A stretch of DNA of 64,000 nucleotides. It comes from a virus. Taxonomy: Duplodnaviria > Caudoviricetes. The stretch spans positions 1-64,000 of the IMG/VR virus record IMGVR_UViG_3300028591_000117. One strand, 5' to 3'. A program made the translations under genes and the position numbers. Shown piece by piece: positions 19,538 through 29,101 of the stretch (positions within the stretch are counted from its first letter, which is position 1; each line of letters starts with the position of its first letter). Below the pieces are notes generated by a model that was not told the origin of the DNA, ran no database searches, and worked only from the letters and a program-made list of their open reading frames with translations.

Positions 19538-20038
19538 TTATATGCTTACTTTATCATCTATTATTGTTATAGTTATTACTTTAGATACTACTGTCCAATC
19601 TTCTGGTTCATCAAAGTTTTCTAGTGCTTTTACTGCTGTATCATAGTTATCATAACCAGTAGCTTCAAAGATATTATCTGTAGGATTGAAGTCTTCATCT
19701 ACAAATTCATTTGTTTCTTTATTCATATAAACATATAATACCTTACTCTTTACATATAGTGCATTCATTCTATCTCCTTCTAAATTCCTTATTTCTTCTT
19801 TTAAATTTTTATTTTCTTTTATTAATTTCTTATTTTCTACTCTTTGTCTTGAATTACGAGTATCTTTATTATAGTCCCAATGTCTAGCTCTAGTATTCTC
19901 TTCTAGTACTAATAAAAGCTGCTCATATAACTCTTGCTTATCTCTAGTTGTAGCACTATCTGAATAACAAACTCTAGCTGCTAGATTTAAAAATGCTATA
20001 TCATCCAGAACTTTATTATATTGCTTCGTCATCATCAA
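19538..20038 (-). CDS. Hypothetical protein
   Basis: ORF in operon. Confidence 0.5.
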   Translation of the reverse strand: MMMTKQYNKVLDDIAFLNLAARVCYSDSATTRDKQELYEQLLLVLEENTRARHWDYNKDTRNSRQRVENKKLIKENKNLKEEIRNLEGDRMNALYVKSKVLYVYMNKETNEFVDEDFNPTDNIFEATGYDNYDTAVKALENFDEPEDWTVVSKVITITIIDDKVSI

Positions 20039-20453
20039 CCTCTTTTAAGTCTATTATTAATCTCTTAACTACTTCTTCATGTATTACTTGGTCTATCTTA
20101 TTATATATCTCATCAAGTGTTGAATGGATATAAGACCTACGTGGACTTTCTTTCATTATCTCATATCGTACTTGACCTTCAACAATTGACTTTATTCTCT
20201 CTTTATCATTAAGACATTTACAAACTTCTTTATTTACTGTATCTACTACAACATCCCATATTATACTTTTAACTTCTTCTTTAGTTAATCCTAAATAGTT
20301 ATGTATATAGTTCTTTATTTCTTTATAATTATCTACTTTAAAACTTACTTTAGTAGCTCTTCCATCTGTATGGTCTGTGATATATGAATGACCATCTTGA
20401 TACATTCCTTTAAATCTTTGAAATCTAGTTCCTACGTTTTCCGTATTCATCAA
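20016..20453 (-). CDS. Hypothetical protein
   Basis: ORF in operon. Confidence 0.5.
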   Translation of the reverse strand: MMNTENVGTRFQRFKGMYQDGHSYITDHTDGRATKVSFKVDNYKEIKNYIHNYLGLTKEEVKSIIWDVVVDTVNKEVCKCLNDKERIKSIVEGQVRYEIMKESPRRSYIHSTLDEIYNKIDQVIHEEVVKRLIIDLKEVDDDEAI

Positions 20454-21087
20454 AATTCATCTCCTTATAATACTCTAAATATCTCTTTCTAAATTTACTA
20501 TATGAACCTAAAAGTATATAGTCAGCAGTAGGTACCCAGATATAAGAGACAATGTCATACTCATCTCTAAATATCTCAGCTAACTCATAAGAGTTTGCTG
20601 TAACTATAAGATGTATCTTCCTACCTCTCTTAAGTTCTTCTTTAACTATAAATATAATATCTCTAAAAGCCTCATTCATCTTATCTATAGATAAACCTGA
20701 GTCTGCTTCATCTATAAAGATATATAACTCCTTATCTTTCTCTTTTAATACTGCTGGTAGTAAGACATCATCTATCCAAGTAAAGAATGAATGGTTCATC
20801 CTCTCTCCTTCAGATAAGAATGCAGCTGCAAATGCTTCTGGTCTAAAATCAAATGGAGTTGTATGCTTCTTTACTGTATCATCTTGAGATGTAGAATAAG
20901 AAACTACTTTAAGATTACTATTTTTAGGTAAATCTTGTATCATAAGTTTAATAGACATACTCTTACCTGTTCCATTAGGTCCTAATAGTATACTTATAGG
21001 ACTAAAGAGAATATAGTACTTTATTTGAGTATAGTAATCTCTATTTTTTAGTTTCTTCTTGCAAAACTCCTTCATCTTCTTGTTCAT
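20425..21087 (-). CDS. ABC/AAA-type ATPase
   Basis: Walker A GPNGTGKS, signature LSEGE, Walker B IFIDEADSGLS. Confidence 0.75.
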   Translation of the reverse strand: MNKKMKEFCKKKLKNRDYYTQIKYYILFSPISILLGPNGTGKSMSIKLMIQDLPKNSNLKVVSYSTSQDDTVKKHTTPFDFRPEAFAAAFLSEGERMNHSFFTWIDDVLLPAVLKEKDKELYIFIDEADSGLSIDKMNEAFRDIIFIVKEELKRGRKIHLIVTANSYELAEIFRDEYDIVSYIWVPTADYILLGSYSKFRKRYLEYYKEMNFDEYGKRRN

Positions 21088-21499
21088 AATTATCTCCTTC
21101 AAAATCTTCTTTCTCAAAACCTTCATTAGAACCAGACTCTATAAACCTTTTCATCGTATTTACTATAGCTCTAGTTTGAGGTATTCTCTTATTATACTGC
21201 TTAGCCATAAATATATAACTATCCTCAGAGAAATTTCTAGACTTACAGTAATTATAGATAAATACCTTCTCTAAAGTTTTATATATCTTTCTTCTTTCTG
21301 GAAAAACTACCTTTTGTCCTGACATAACATCAAATAACTTAATTAATGATATATCATCTTTTACTACCTCTCTTAATAGCTGAAGATACTGGTTCTGTCC
21401 TCTACAGATTAATGTCATTAGTAAGTCTATATCTTTTTTAGATGCTTTACTAAATAACATTAATGAACCATACTCATCATATATCTTATTATTAGCCAT
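21041..21499 (-). CDS. Putative Mor-like/HTH transcription regulator
   Basis: KLFDVMSGQKVVFP followed by an HTH-like C-terminus; next to a sigma-like gene. Confidence 0.4.
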   Translation of the reverse strand: MANNKIYDEYGSLMLFSKASKKDIDLLMTLICRGQNQYLQLLREVVKDDISLIKLFDVMSGQKVVFPERRKIYKTLEKVFIYNYCKSRNFSEDSYIFMAKQYNKRIPQTRAIVNTMKRFIESGSNEGFEKEDFEGDNYEQEDEGVLQEETKK

Positions 21500-22010
21500 T
21501 ATCTCTCTCCTTCTCAAATAGCTCCCATAAAACAAACGTAACTATTCCTTCTAACATCTTATCATCAATTCTTTTATCTTCTTCTAACTTAGAACAATTT
21601 ATTATTCCTAAATTAATTAAATAATTTACTACTGATGGAAAGTAATCTCCATGTCTTTTGAATTGATTACATAGCTGTCTAATAAAACTAAGCTCTATAT
21701 TATAGTCTCCAGTATCATGATATCCTATAACATTATCATATTTATCTAATTGGTCTAAATTAACTGTATGCATCTTATTTATATGATATAAAGCATTATG
21801 CATCTCGTTCCTAACTCCAGTATATATAAAGTTTCTAAATGACATCGTCGGGTCATAGTTTCCATTATTAAGTAATTCATAAGCTTTTAAATATCCTATC
21901 TGAAACAAGTCAGCTTTTAATTCTGGGTCTTTAATGTAATTATAGTATGTATAAAATACTACCTGAACAATATTCTCTACCATCTCTAAGATGGAAGTTT
22001 GTTCATTCAT
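21492..22010 (-). CDS. Phage sigma-factor-like protein
   Basis: Region 2-like DLFQIGYLKAYE...YDPTMSFRNFIYTGVRNEM. Confidence 0.7.
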   Translation of the reverse strand: MNEQTSILEMVENIVQVVFYTYYNYIKDPELKADLFQIGYLKAYELLNNGNYDPTMSFRNFIYTGVRNEMHNALYHINKMHTVNLDQLDKYDNVIGYHDTGDYNIELSFIRQLCNQFKRHGDYFPSVVNYLINLGIINCSKLEEDKRIDDKMLEGIVTFVLWELFEKERDNG

Positions 22011-22023
22011 TCAATCACGCCTC

Positions 22024-22980
22024 CTATCTAATTCTATTATTTAGCTTTAGATAGATAACATACATTGCTGATTGGAATGCATCATCATTTGTAAATGAAT
22101 TGTATATTATCTTATCATTTAAGATGTAATACAAATCAAGTACTTTAGTTTTTATTTTTTCAATAAGTATCTCCATATACTTATCTTTTGGTTTCTCAAA
22201 TTTAGTAGCTGTTTTTATAATCTCTAGTATTAGTGCTTCATAATCAATTTTTAAATAAGCTAGAGGTATCTTTTTAAGTTCATTTATATATAAATCAACT
22301 TTATCTCTTTTATTAGCATAGCTTGCTATTAAAAATAATATATACATCTCTCTAGCTGATAAAATCATCTTACTAAAGGTTTCTTCATCTAACATAGAAT
22401 ATTTACTTAACATCTTTATAGCATCTGATAAGTGTCCTCTACTTCTTCTAGCTATAGTTCGTATGGAGTCACCAGATATATCTAGATTTAATCTTTGTGA
22501 CTTATCTAATAAATAATTAACTATATCATCTTCTTTAATTAGAGATGTCCTTAGGATTAATGAGAGAGTCATTATATTATCTATTATATTATCTGTATTT
22601 TCAGTTATAATAAATACTACATTTAACTCTTCAAACTTATTATATAACTCTACTTGTAGTTCTCTAGGACATTTCTCAAAATTAGTTATTACTATATAGT
22701 TAGAATATTCAATATTAGGTATCATAGAGTAGTCATACTCTCTATATACTCTGATATCATTAAGAATATCTCTACATGTCTCACAAGTTCCACAGTTAGA
22801 ACCAGTCTTCTCTATATTAGGACAATACATACTCTTAATATAGTTCTTTACTAAACTTCGTCGTCCAGTACCATAAGGTCCAGAAACTACTACCACTCTA
22901 GGAGCTTCACTAGGTTTCTTTAACATAGCATATAAACATTGTTTAGGTAATTCATGACCTATAATACTATCTAAATTCAT
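22024..22980 (-). CDS. DNA polymerase III clamp-loader subunit (DnaX/HolB-like, degenerate ATPase)
   Basis: LDSIIGH, SGPYGTGR, zinc module C...CGTCETC, SRGHLSDA. Confidence 0.7.
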   Translation of the reverse strand: MNLDSIIGHELPKQCLYAMLKKPSEAPRVVVVSGPYGTGRRSLVKNYIKSMYCPNIEKTGSNCGTCETCRDILNDIRVYREYDYSMIPNIEYSNYIVITNFEKCPRELQVELYNKFEELNVVFIITENTDNIIDNIMTLSLILRTSLIKEDDIVNYLLDKSQRLNLDISGDSIRTIARRSRGHLSDAIKMLSKYSMLDEETFSKMILSAREMYILFLIASYANKRDKVDLYINELKKIPLAYLKIDYEALILEIIKTATKFEKPKDKYMEILIEKIKTKVLDLYYILNDKIIYNSFTNDDAFQSAMYVIYLKLNNRIR

Positions 22981-23669
22981 ACTAGCTTACCTCCATGTAT
23001 CTGAACCTGAGCTCTATAGTTTTGTATTATTAAATCTGCTCTCATATCATTCTTTCTTTTAAGCTCTAAAAGGTCTCCTAAATCTTTTATTATATCTGAC
23101 TTATTTATAGTATAACAAGTTATTCCTACTTGATTTAACTTTCTCTTAGTTTGAACTTCTCCATTATTTCCAGCTTCATCATTATCTAATAACAGTAATA
23201 CTTTATTAGTTAGGTTTTGTAGAACTTGTAGTTGGTTCTTTGTTACTACAGATGTTAATACAGATAGACAGTTCTTAGTTATAAATAGACTACATACATC
23301 TCTATCTATTGCTCCTTCTACTAAGACTATTAAATCACCAAACTTAAAGTTATCTTCTAGCTGTCCTATTCCATAGAAATTTCCTTTACCTAAACCGTAA
23401 TTAGTAAAGACCTTTTCTTCTAGTGCTCTAAATATAATTCCTGATACTTCACTATTTATTATGTTACACATCATTACTACTTCATTATGTTGTCTAGCAA
23501 ACTCTCTTACATAAAAAGGTAAATCTAAATCTTTACCTCTTATATTCATCTCTCCAGAGCTTATAACTCTATAATTAGGTAGATTATAGTAACTTGCTAT
23601 ATACTCATATTTAGTAGTATTTGTTTTAATAGGTCTTGCTATTTGATATAACATAGTCTTAACATTCAT
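22977..23669 (-). CDS. DNA primase (Toprim domain)
   Basis: LVEGAID, LLLDNDEAG and KDLGD. Confidence 0.8.
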   Translation of the reverse strand: MNVKTMLYQIARPIKTNTTKYEYIASYYNLPNYRVISSGEMNIRGKDLDLPFYVREFARQHNEVVMMCNIINSEVSGIIFRALEEKVFTNYGLGKGNFYGIGQLEDNFKFGDLIVLVEGAIDRDVCSLFITKNCLSVLTSVVTKNQLQVLQNLTNKVLLLLDNDEAGNNGEVQTKRKLNQVGITCYTINKSDIIKDLGDLLELKRKNDMRADLIIQNYRAQVQIHGGKLV

Positions 23670-23696
23670 AATACTATCTCCATAGTATATAATATG

Positions 23697-24689
23697 CTAA
23701 TTATTATCATATTGTGTAGACATAACAAACTTAGTTTGAACTAATGTAGTATTAGCATAGAATGACTTAGTAGATTGGTCTATATCTAAGTTCTGTAGTT
23801 CTTTATGAGCTATATACATATTAGTATCTATATAATCTGCATAATGAACTATCATCGCTTCTTGAGTTGCTGGAGTTCTTGAACTACCCCACTCTAATTT
23901 ACCATGATGACTTAGTATTATATGAGCTATATGATATAAATCTCTTTCTGAAAAACTATAAACACTATCTTCACCATGATAATACTCTTCAAATACTATT
24001 CTAGTTCCTATATTAAGATGGTCAAATAACTTACCTTCACCTGATACTTGTCCTTCTTCATTATACTCGTATATCTTTCCTATATCATGTAGTATCGCTC
24101 CAGCAATTACTATATCCATATCTATATTTGTATAATTAAATGCTATATAATATGCTAACTTAACTACATTAGCTGTATGTAATAATAAACCTGACTTAAT
24201 ATTATGATGTACATTAGTAGCGGCTGGCCATACTAAGAACATTTTAGACTTCTTCTCAAGAATATTTCTTACAAAATCTCTTAGTGCTTCTGACTTTATC
24301 TTACTAATAAAGAAATTTATAGTATTCTCATATTTTTGAGTATCTACTTTCTGGTCTTCTAATATCAAACATTTATGTGGTGGTAGCTGGCTAGACCTAA
24401 GCTCTGGTATATCTTCATTAACTACTTCATAACCATGACAGTTTATTCCTTGGTCTGTAATTATATAAGCCATCTTAATATTACATCCTTTAGTTAACTT
24501 CTCTTTACTATCTTTAAATGGAATAACTATAGTATCATAATCTCTATTTTGAACATGTATCTTATACTTATTTTCATTAGGTACTTCTGCGAAGTCTATT
24601 ACTTTAAAATATCCATGAAGTATTACATACTCTTGTCCACTATTAGACTTATATATCATACCTTCAGCTTTTGTTTTTAGATTTATCAT
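23697..24689 (-). CDS. OB-fold plus HD nuclease (YhaM/Cbf1-like)
   Basis: PAATNVHH...GLLLHT...LHDIGKIYEY...ILSHHGKLEWGS...P...EA..VHYAD. Confidence 0.85.
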   Translation of the reverse strand: MINLKTKAEGMIYKSNSGQEYVILHGYFKVIDFAEVPNENKYKIHVQNRDYDTIVIPFKDSKEKLTKGCNIKMAYIITDQGINCHGYEVVNEDIPELRSSQLPPHKCLILEDQKVDTQKYENTINFFISKIKSEALRDFVRNILEKKSKMFLVWPAATNVHHNIKSGLLLHTANVVKLAYYIAFNYTNIDMDIVIAGAILHDIGKIYEYNEEGQVSGEGKLFDHLNIGTRIVFEEYYHGEDSVYSFSERDLYHIAHIILSHHGKLEWGSSRTPATQEAMIVHYADYIDTNMYIAHKELQNLDIDQSTKSFYANTTLVQTKFVMSTQYDNN

Positions 24690-24975
24690 TTGTCATAACC
24701 TCCACTAATAACTTATTAAACTCATCAGGACTGATAGTTTTTAAAAAATCATACTTCTCTCCTTTAGACTCATATACTAGACGAGATATATACTTACTAG
24801 CCTCAGTATCAAAAATATAGTAGCTCTTTCCTCTCTTAATAGCGGGTAGCTCACCTGATAATATATCTTTATATATTTGATTTCTAGGTATACCTGTTTC
24901 TTTAGATATTTTACCTACTGTTACGAATATAGTATGTTTTCCATCATTTCCATCATTAACCATCATTTCCATCAT
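24664..24975 (-). CDS. Excisionase-like HTH DNA-binding protein
   Basis: TVGKISKETGIPRNQIYKDILSGELPAIKRGKSYYI. Confidence 0.65.
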   Translation of the reverse strand: MMEMMVNDGNDGKHTIFVTVGKISKETGIPRNQIYKDILSGELPAIKRGKSYYIFDTEASKYISRLVYESKGEKYDFLKTISPDEFNKLLVEVMTNDKSKNKS

Positions 24976-24986
24976 TCTATAAAATA

Positions 24987-25151
24987 CTACCTTTTATTTT
25001 TAGTAGGTACTCCAGGTAGTAACGTAAGAGTAAGAATAGTTAATAACCAAAAAATACCTTGAGTCCAGTCTTTGTTTTTAACTGCTAATATCATACATAT
25101 AGCAACACCTACAATAACTAGAATTCTAACTATCTTTTCAATAATACTCAT
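24987..25151 (-). CDS. Small two-TM membrane protein (54 aa)
   Basis: Read by hand: MSIIEKIVRILVIVGVAICMILAVKNKDWTQGIFWLLTILTLTLLPG...; AAGGAGG RBS. Confidence 0.55.
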   Translation of the reverse strand: MSIIEKIVRILVIVGVAICMILAVKNKDWTQGIFWLLTILTLTLLPGVPTKNKR

Positions 25152-25214
25152 ATTTTATTTCCTCCTTATTATATTATATGAAAAAGAATTGGTTTTTCTA
25201 CCAATTCTTACCAA

Positions 25215-26129
25215 TTATTTCTTAACTCTAAATATTCCTGCAGCTTGTAGATATTCTTCTACAATTGACTTTATTTCTTCAGTTTGCTCACTTCTATCTA
25301 ATACATCATATATACTATCATTAGATGTAAATACTAAATTATCTAATATTTTTTGTGTATCAAACTTTTGTTCTTCTTTTCTTAAAAATATACTTTCATT
25401 AAATACTTCTTTAGCTGGTAGACAAGGTACTGGAACTTTTCTAAAATTATCTAACTCAGTATCATATTCTAATATATAAATATTATCTCTTATTAACTGC
25501 CTATCATTAGCTGTTCCTCTAGTTAAACTACCTATACGATATATTATACTATTTCCTACTTTTGTATCTTCATAAGGAGTATGGTCATGACCTAGCACAT
25601 AATAATCATAACCTAACTCTAATATATCTTTTATATGTAAGTTATGGTCTTGTGCAAAGCTATCTTCATAAAAACAATGCGCACAACATATCTTCTTCAT
25701 TGGTATTAAAGTATTTGTTACTTGGCTTGCTTTAGGTATCTGTTGCCAATAATGACTACCTTCTATAACTACTCTACCTTCAACTTCATAATGTTGTAAG
25801 TATTCTATTAAACCTATATTATTTAATAAACCTAATGGAGTTCTAGATAATAAATCTTCATTATTTCTAGGATAATCATGATTTCCAACTATAATAAATG
25901 GTTTATTTTTAAACTTCTTAAATACGTCTACTACTCTATAAAAATAATTCATAGGCATATTTACAGCATTAAATAAATCTCCTAAAAATATTGTAATTGC
26001 ATTATTACTATTAGCTAATTCTACAATATAATCTAATTTCTCTAATACTGTAGTTGGATAAGCATCCTTTCTACTTCTTGGAGATTGCTCTTGTAAATGC
26101 ACATCAGATACAAAATATATCTTACTCAT
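25215..26129 (-). CDS. sbcD: SbcD/Mre11-like nuclease
   Basis: SDVH, GDLF, GNHD, AH, LGHDH and GSLTR metallophosphoesterase motifs; near the SbcC pieces. Confidence 0.85.
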   Translation of the reverse strand: MSKIYFVSDVHLQEQSPRSRKDAYPTTVLEKLDYIVELANSNNAITIFLGDLFNAVNMPMNYFYRVVDVFKKFKNKPFIIVGNHDYPRNNEDLLSRTPLGLLNNIGLIEYLQHYEVEGRVVIEGSHYWQQIPKASQVTNTLIPMKKICCAHCFYEDSFAQDHNLHIKDILELGYDYYVLGHDHTPYEDTKVGNSIIYRIGSLTRGTANDRQLIRDNIYILEYDTELDNFRKVPVPCLPAKEVFNESIFLRKEEQKFDTQKILDNLVFTSNDSIYDVLDRSEQTEEIKSIVEEYLQAAGIFRVKK

Positions 26130-26130
26130 A

Positions 26131-26358
26131 CTATACCTCTATACTTTCTAAAATACCATCTTTAAACATTCTATATAATACACTTAAATCTTGATAAGTA
26201 TCTTCATCATAACCATATACAAATATAGACCTATCAGACATATTAACTGATATATTAGCATCTTCATTCCATATATAACCTTCACCATCAAAATCATCAG
26301 AACAATTAAAACCATACTTATCTAAATCTTTTAAATCGAAATCTTCTACTACTCTCAT
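26131..26358 (-). CDS. Hypothetical protein
   Basis: ORF with RBS. Confidence 0.5.
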   Translation of the reverse strand: MRVVEDFDLKDLDKYGFNCSDDFDGEGYIWNEDANISVNMSDRSIFVYGYDEDTYQDLSVLYRMFKDGILESIEV

Positions 26359-26367
26359 ATAAACTCC

Positions 26368-26709
26368 TTAAACTACATCTATATTTAATAATATGACTTT
26401 CTTAAAGTCTAGTTTATTAACTTCTTCATTAGCTAGTTTTAATGCTTCTTTATCTCCTAGTTTATCCCATTCATCATGATAATCTAGTAAATATTGGATA
26501 TAATCTTCAGTATCTTCTCTATCTACAATAGTAGAACCATACCAACCATATTCTTCATCTAGCATTGCAAGTTCAGCTATTCTTGCTGAAGATACTTTAC
26601 CTAACCATCTACAAGGAGCATAAGTATCATTTACTACTTCTCCATCTACATAAGCATAAATTGGTAATTCGCTATTCTTCGTAATCAGGTCTATAATATC
26701 TTTCGTCAT
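26368..26709 (-). CDS. Hypothetical protein
   Basis: ORF in operon. Confidence 0.5.
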   Translation of the reverse strand: MTKDIIDLITKNSELPIYAYVDGEVVNDTYAPCRWLGKVSSARIAELAMLDEEYGWYGSTIVDREDTEDYIQYLLDYHDEWDKLGDKEALKLANEEVNKLDFKKVILLNIDVV

Positions 26710-26974
26710 CTCTTGTAAAACATCCTTCTTTAATCCATTTATATCCTAAATCTACTAAACAACCAAAGTCATACCAGTCTACAGTTGGTTTAAAATTTCC
26801 ATAAGTTCTTAAATACCAATAGTCTTCTTTATAGTCATAGTCAAATACTGCAATACCCCATCTATGAGAGTTATCCACTGCCCATTGATGTATCATTATG
26901 TATTTATGATTTGACTCACATAAGTCTATATCAAGATTATTTATTCTATGATAATACTTTTTCTCTTCTTTCAT
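26672..26974 (-). CDS. Hypothetical protein
   Basis: ATGA-coupled ORF. Confidence 0.5.
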   Translation of the reverse strand: MKEEKKYYHRINNLDIDLCESNHKYIMIHQWAVDNSHRWGIAVFDYDYKEDYWYLRTYGNFKPTVDWYDFGCLVDLGYKWIKEGCFTRDDERYYRPDYEE

Positions 26975-27321
26975 ATTCTATCATACTTTCCTACAAATAC
27001 TTCTACAGGTTTATATCCAAAATGATTTTTTATCTCTTTTTTAAATCTACTAAATGAAGCTTCAGCCTCTTTAAAAGTTCTATCCATAATATTAAACTCA
27101 AAAGCAATTACTTCCTTACCTTCATACTCTGCATCATAAGTTTCAAATGCACAATACTCAAAGTCTCTATCACAAACTGCTTTAAACACCTCTATATTCT
27201 CATTAAACCATTTATCTGTATCATCATTTAAAGGTATATACATTTGACCTTTTATACCTTTTTTTAAATTATTAGTCATATCACCACTCCTTTGAACATA
27301 AATATAAATACTCTTCACCAT
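26971..27321 (-). CDS. Hypothetical protein
   Basis: ORF in operon; true start probably 27279. Confidence 0.5.
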   Translation of the reverse strand: MVKSIYIYVQRSGDMTNNLKKGIKGQMYIPLNDDTDKWFNENIEVFKAVCDRDFEYCAFETYDAEYEGKEVIAFEFNIMDRTFKEAEASFSRFKKEIKNHFGYKPVEVFVGKYDRI

Positions 27322-27562
27322 CAGTATCTACTATATACTCTTCTATTAATTTATTATATGTAGTTGTCTCTTTAAAATTAGTATCTTCATTAATAAGTAT
27401 AAACTCTTTATTTTTATCTTTTATTTCTTTAATATCTTCAATATTTAAATTATCTTCAAACATTGTATTATAATAACTGATAATCTTATCTATATCATCT
27501 ACTCTTGTAGCTATAAAATCTACATCTTTAAAACAATATACTTTATAGTCATTATAACTCAT
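27281..27562 (-). CDS. Hypothetical protein
   Basis: ORF with AAGGAG RBS. Confidence 0.5.
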   Translation of the reverse strand: MSYNDYKVYCFKDVDFIATRVDDIDKIISYYNTMFEDNLNIEDIKEIKDKNKEFILINEDTNFKETTTYNKLIEEYIVDTDGEEYLYLCSKEW

Positions 27563-27577
27563 ATTAAACTCTCCTTA

Positions 27578-27922
27578 CTAAATTATATCATCAATTGTTA
27601 ATTGTTCTTGTATATGTCTAGGTTTCTCTTCTTTAATCTCTTCAGTATCTTTAATTTCCTCAATATAAGGTTCTTCATTAACATATTCTTCTTGAGTTGG
27701 ATTAATTACTTCAAGATTGGTTGTTAAATCTCTCATAACATTATTAAACTCTATTAGTATCTTCATTTGCTCAGGTCTATTCTTTAAATAAATAACTGTA
27801 TGCACAATACTACCATTAGAAGACCAGACTTGTAACTTATATGAGTCTGTATCTTCTGATAACTTATAACTAAATATATTTCCTATATTAACTGATAAAT
27901 CTTTATCTATTCTTACAAACAT
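27578..27922 (-). CDS. Hypothetical protein
   Basis: GGAGG RBS; sigmaA-like promoter at about 27967-27995. Confidence 0.55.
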   Translation of the reverse strand: MFVRIDKDLSVNIGNIFSYKLSEDTDSYKLQVWSSNGSIVHTVIYLKNRPEQMKILIEFNNVMRDLTTNLEVINPTQEEYVNEEPYIEEIKDTEEIKEEKPRHIQEQLTIDDII

Positions 27923-27994
27923 TTTTTATTTCCTCCACTTCTTCTATTTGACTGCATCTTTTACTTATTATACAACAACAAATTAAAAATGTAA

Positions 27995-28207
27995 TCATTC
28001 TATAGACTCTTTTAATATTTGAATTTCTTCTGTTTCTTCATAAGTAACTTGGACTAAATATCCTCCAGAAGATTTTTCTAGTGTTTTTATATCTAATATT
28101 TTATTTTTAACATTAACTTGAATTGCTTCTATACCTACTTGAACTACTTCATTTAATTCTTCTAAACTACTAGCTTCTAAATATTCTACTTTAATTTTAG
28201 ATTTCAT
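27995..28207 (-). CDS. Hypothetical protein
   Basis: ORF overlapping the SbcC C-piece. Confidence 0.5.
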   Translation of the reverse strand: MKSKIKVEYLEASSLEELNEVVQVGIEAIQVNVKNKILDIKTLEKSSGGYLVQVTYEETEEIQILKESIE

Positions 28208-28838
28208 TATACAAAGTCACATTTCCTTTCTCAACGAAATAAGTTCTATCACTTAAATCTATTATATCTCTATCATGAGTAACTAATACAAATATAAAAT
28301 TATATTTTTCAGCTAAATCATTAATTAAACTTTTAAAATATGGAAGATATTGTTTAGATAACTGAGTCATAGCTTCATCCATAAATAATATTGGATATTG
28401 ATGATAATATAGTATAAAGTAAATTTGTAATACTAAACCTATAATACTCTTAACTCCAAATCCATTGTCTTCTAATTTAGTTTTAATTAACTCTCCACTT
28501 TCATTAACTTCATTAAGAATTATCTGAAGATTATTTGTATTTCTTAATTCTGTCACTTGTAATTCTACAAAATATCTTCTATCAAAGAATATTGTTTCTA
28601 ATGAACTATTAATCAATTCTTCAAGATGATTTATTTGAGATTGACTCATACCTTCAATTATCTTCTTCATTAAGTCAACAGCCTTTTCATACTTACTTTC
28701 TTTAGTAATTAAATTTTTTAGTTCTAATGAAGCTTGTTCTTTAGCTTTTAAAGTTTCTTCATGTTGATTTAATAATAGTTCTAAATTAGATTTTTTAGTA
28801 ATAGCTTGATTAAAGTAATATTGATAATTTTCAAACAT
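28197..28838 (-). CDS. SbcC/Rad50-like ATPase, C-terminal piece
   Basis: Coiled coil, signature-like NGFG, Walker B LFMDEAMTQLS, LVTHD. Confidence 0.8.
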   Translation of the reverse strand: MFENYQYYFNQAITKKSNLELLLNQHEETLKAKEQASLELKNLITKESKYEKAVDLMKKIIEGMSQSQINHLEELINSSLETIFFDRRYFVELQVTELRNTNNLQIILNEVNESGELIKTKLEDNGFGVKSIIGLVLQIYFILYYHQYPILFMDEAMTQLSKQYLPYFKSLINDLAEKYNFIFVLVTHDRDIIDLSDRTYFVEKGNVTLYNEI

Positions 28839-28840
28839 AA

Positions 28841-29089
28841 CTAAACACCTGCTTCAACAAATGCTTTTTCTACTTTATCACATTCTTCTTTAATAGTTTT
28901 TTCAAGTTCTAATTGAGCTGTTACCATCTCTTCTAAAGAATTATAACCTAACTCTTTAGCAGCTTCTAAATCTTGTGCTAAACTTTCTTGTAAAGATTTT
29001 ACTTTAGTTTCAGCTTCAATCTTTTGAACTTTTAAACTATCTGCTTTAGCGATATTAGCTTGTACTCGATTTATTAATTCTTGGTTCAT
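28841..29089 (-). CDS. Coiled-coil protein, probable middle piece of SbcC
   Basis: Heptad-rich 82 aa ORF between the two ATPase halves; own AGGAGG RBS. Confidence 0.55.
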   Translation of the reverse strand: MNQELINRVQANIAKADSLKVQKIEAETKVKSLQESLAQDLEAAKELGYNSLEEMVTAQLELEKTIKEECDKVEKAFVEAGV

Positions 29090-29101
29090 ATTTTCCTCCT
29101 A

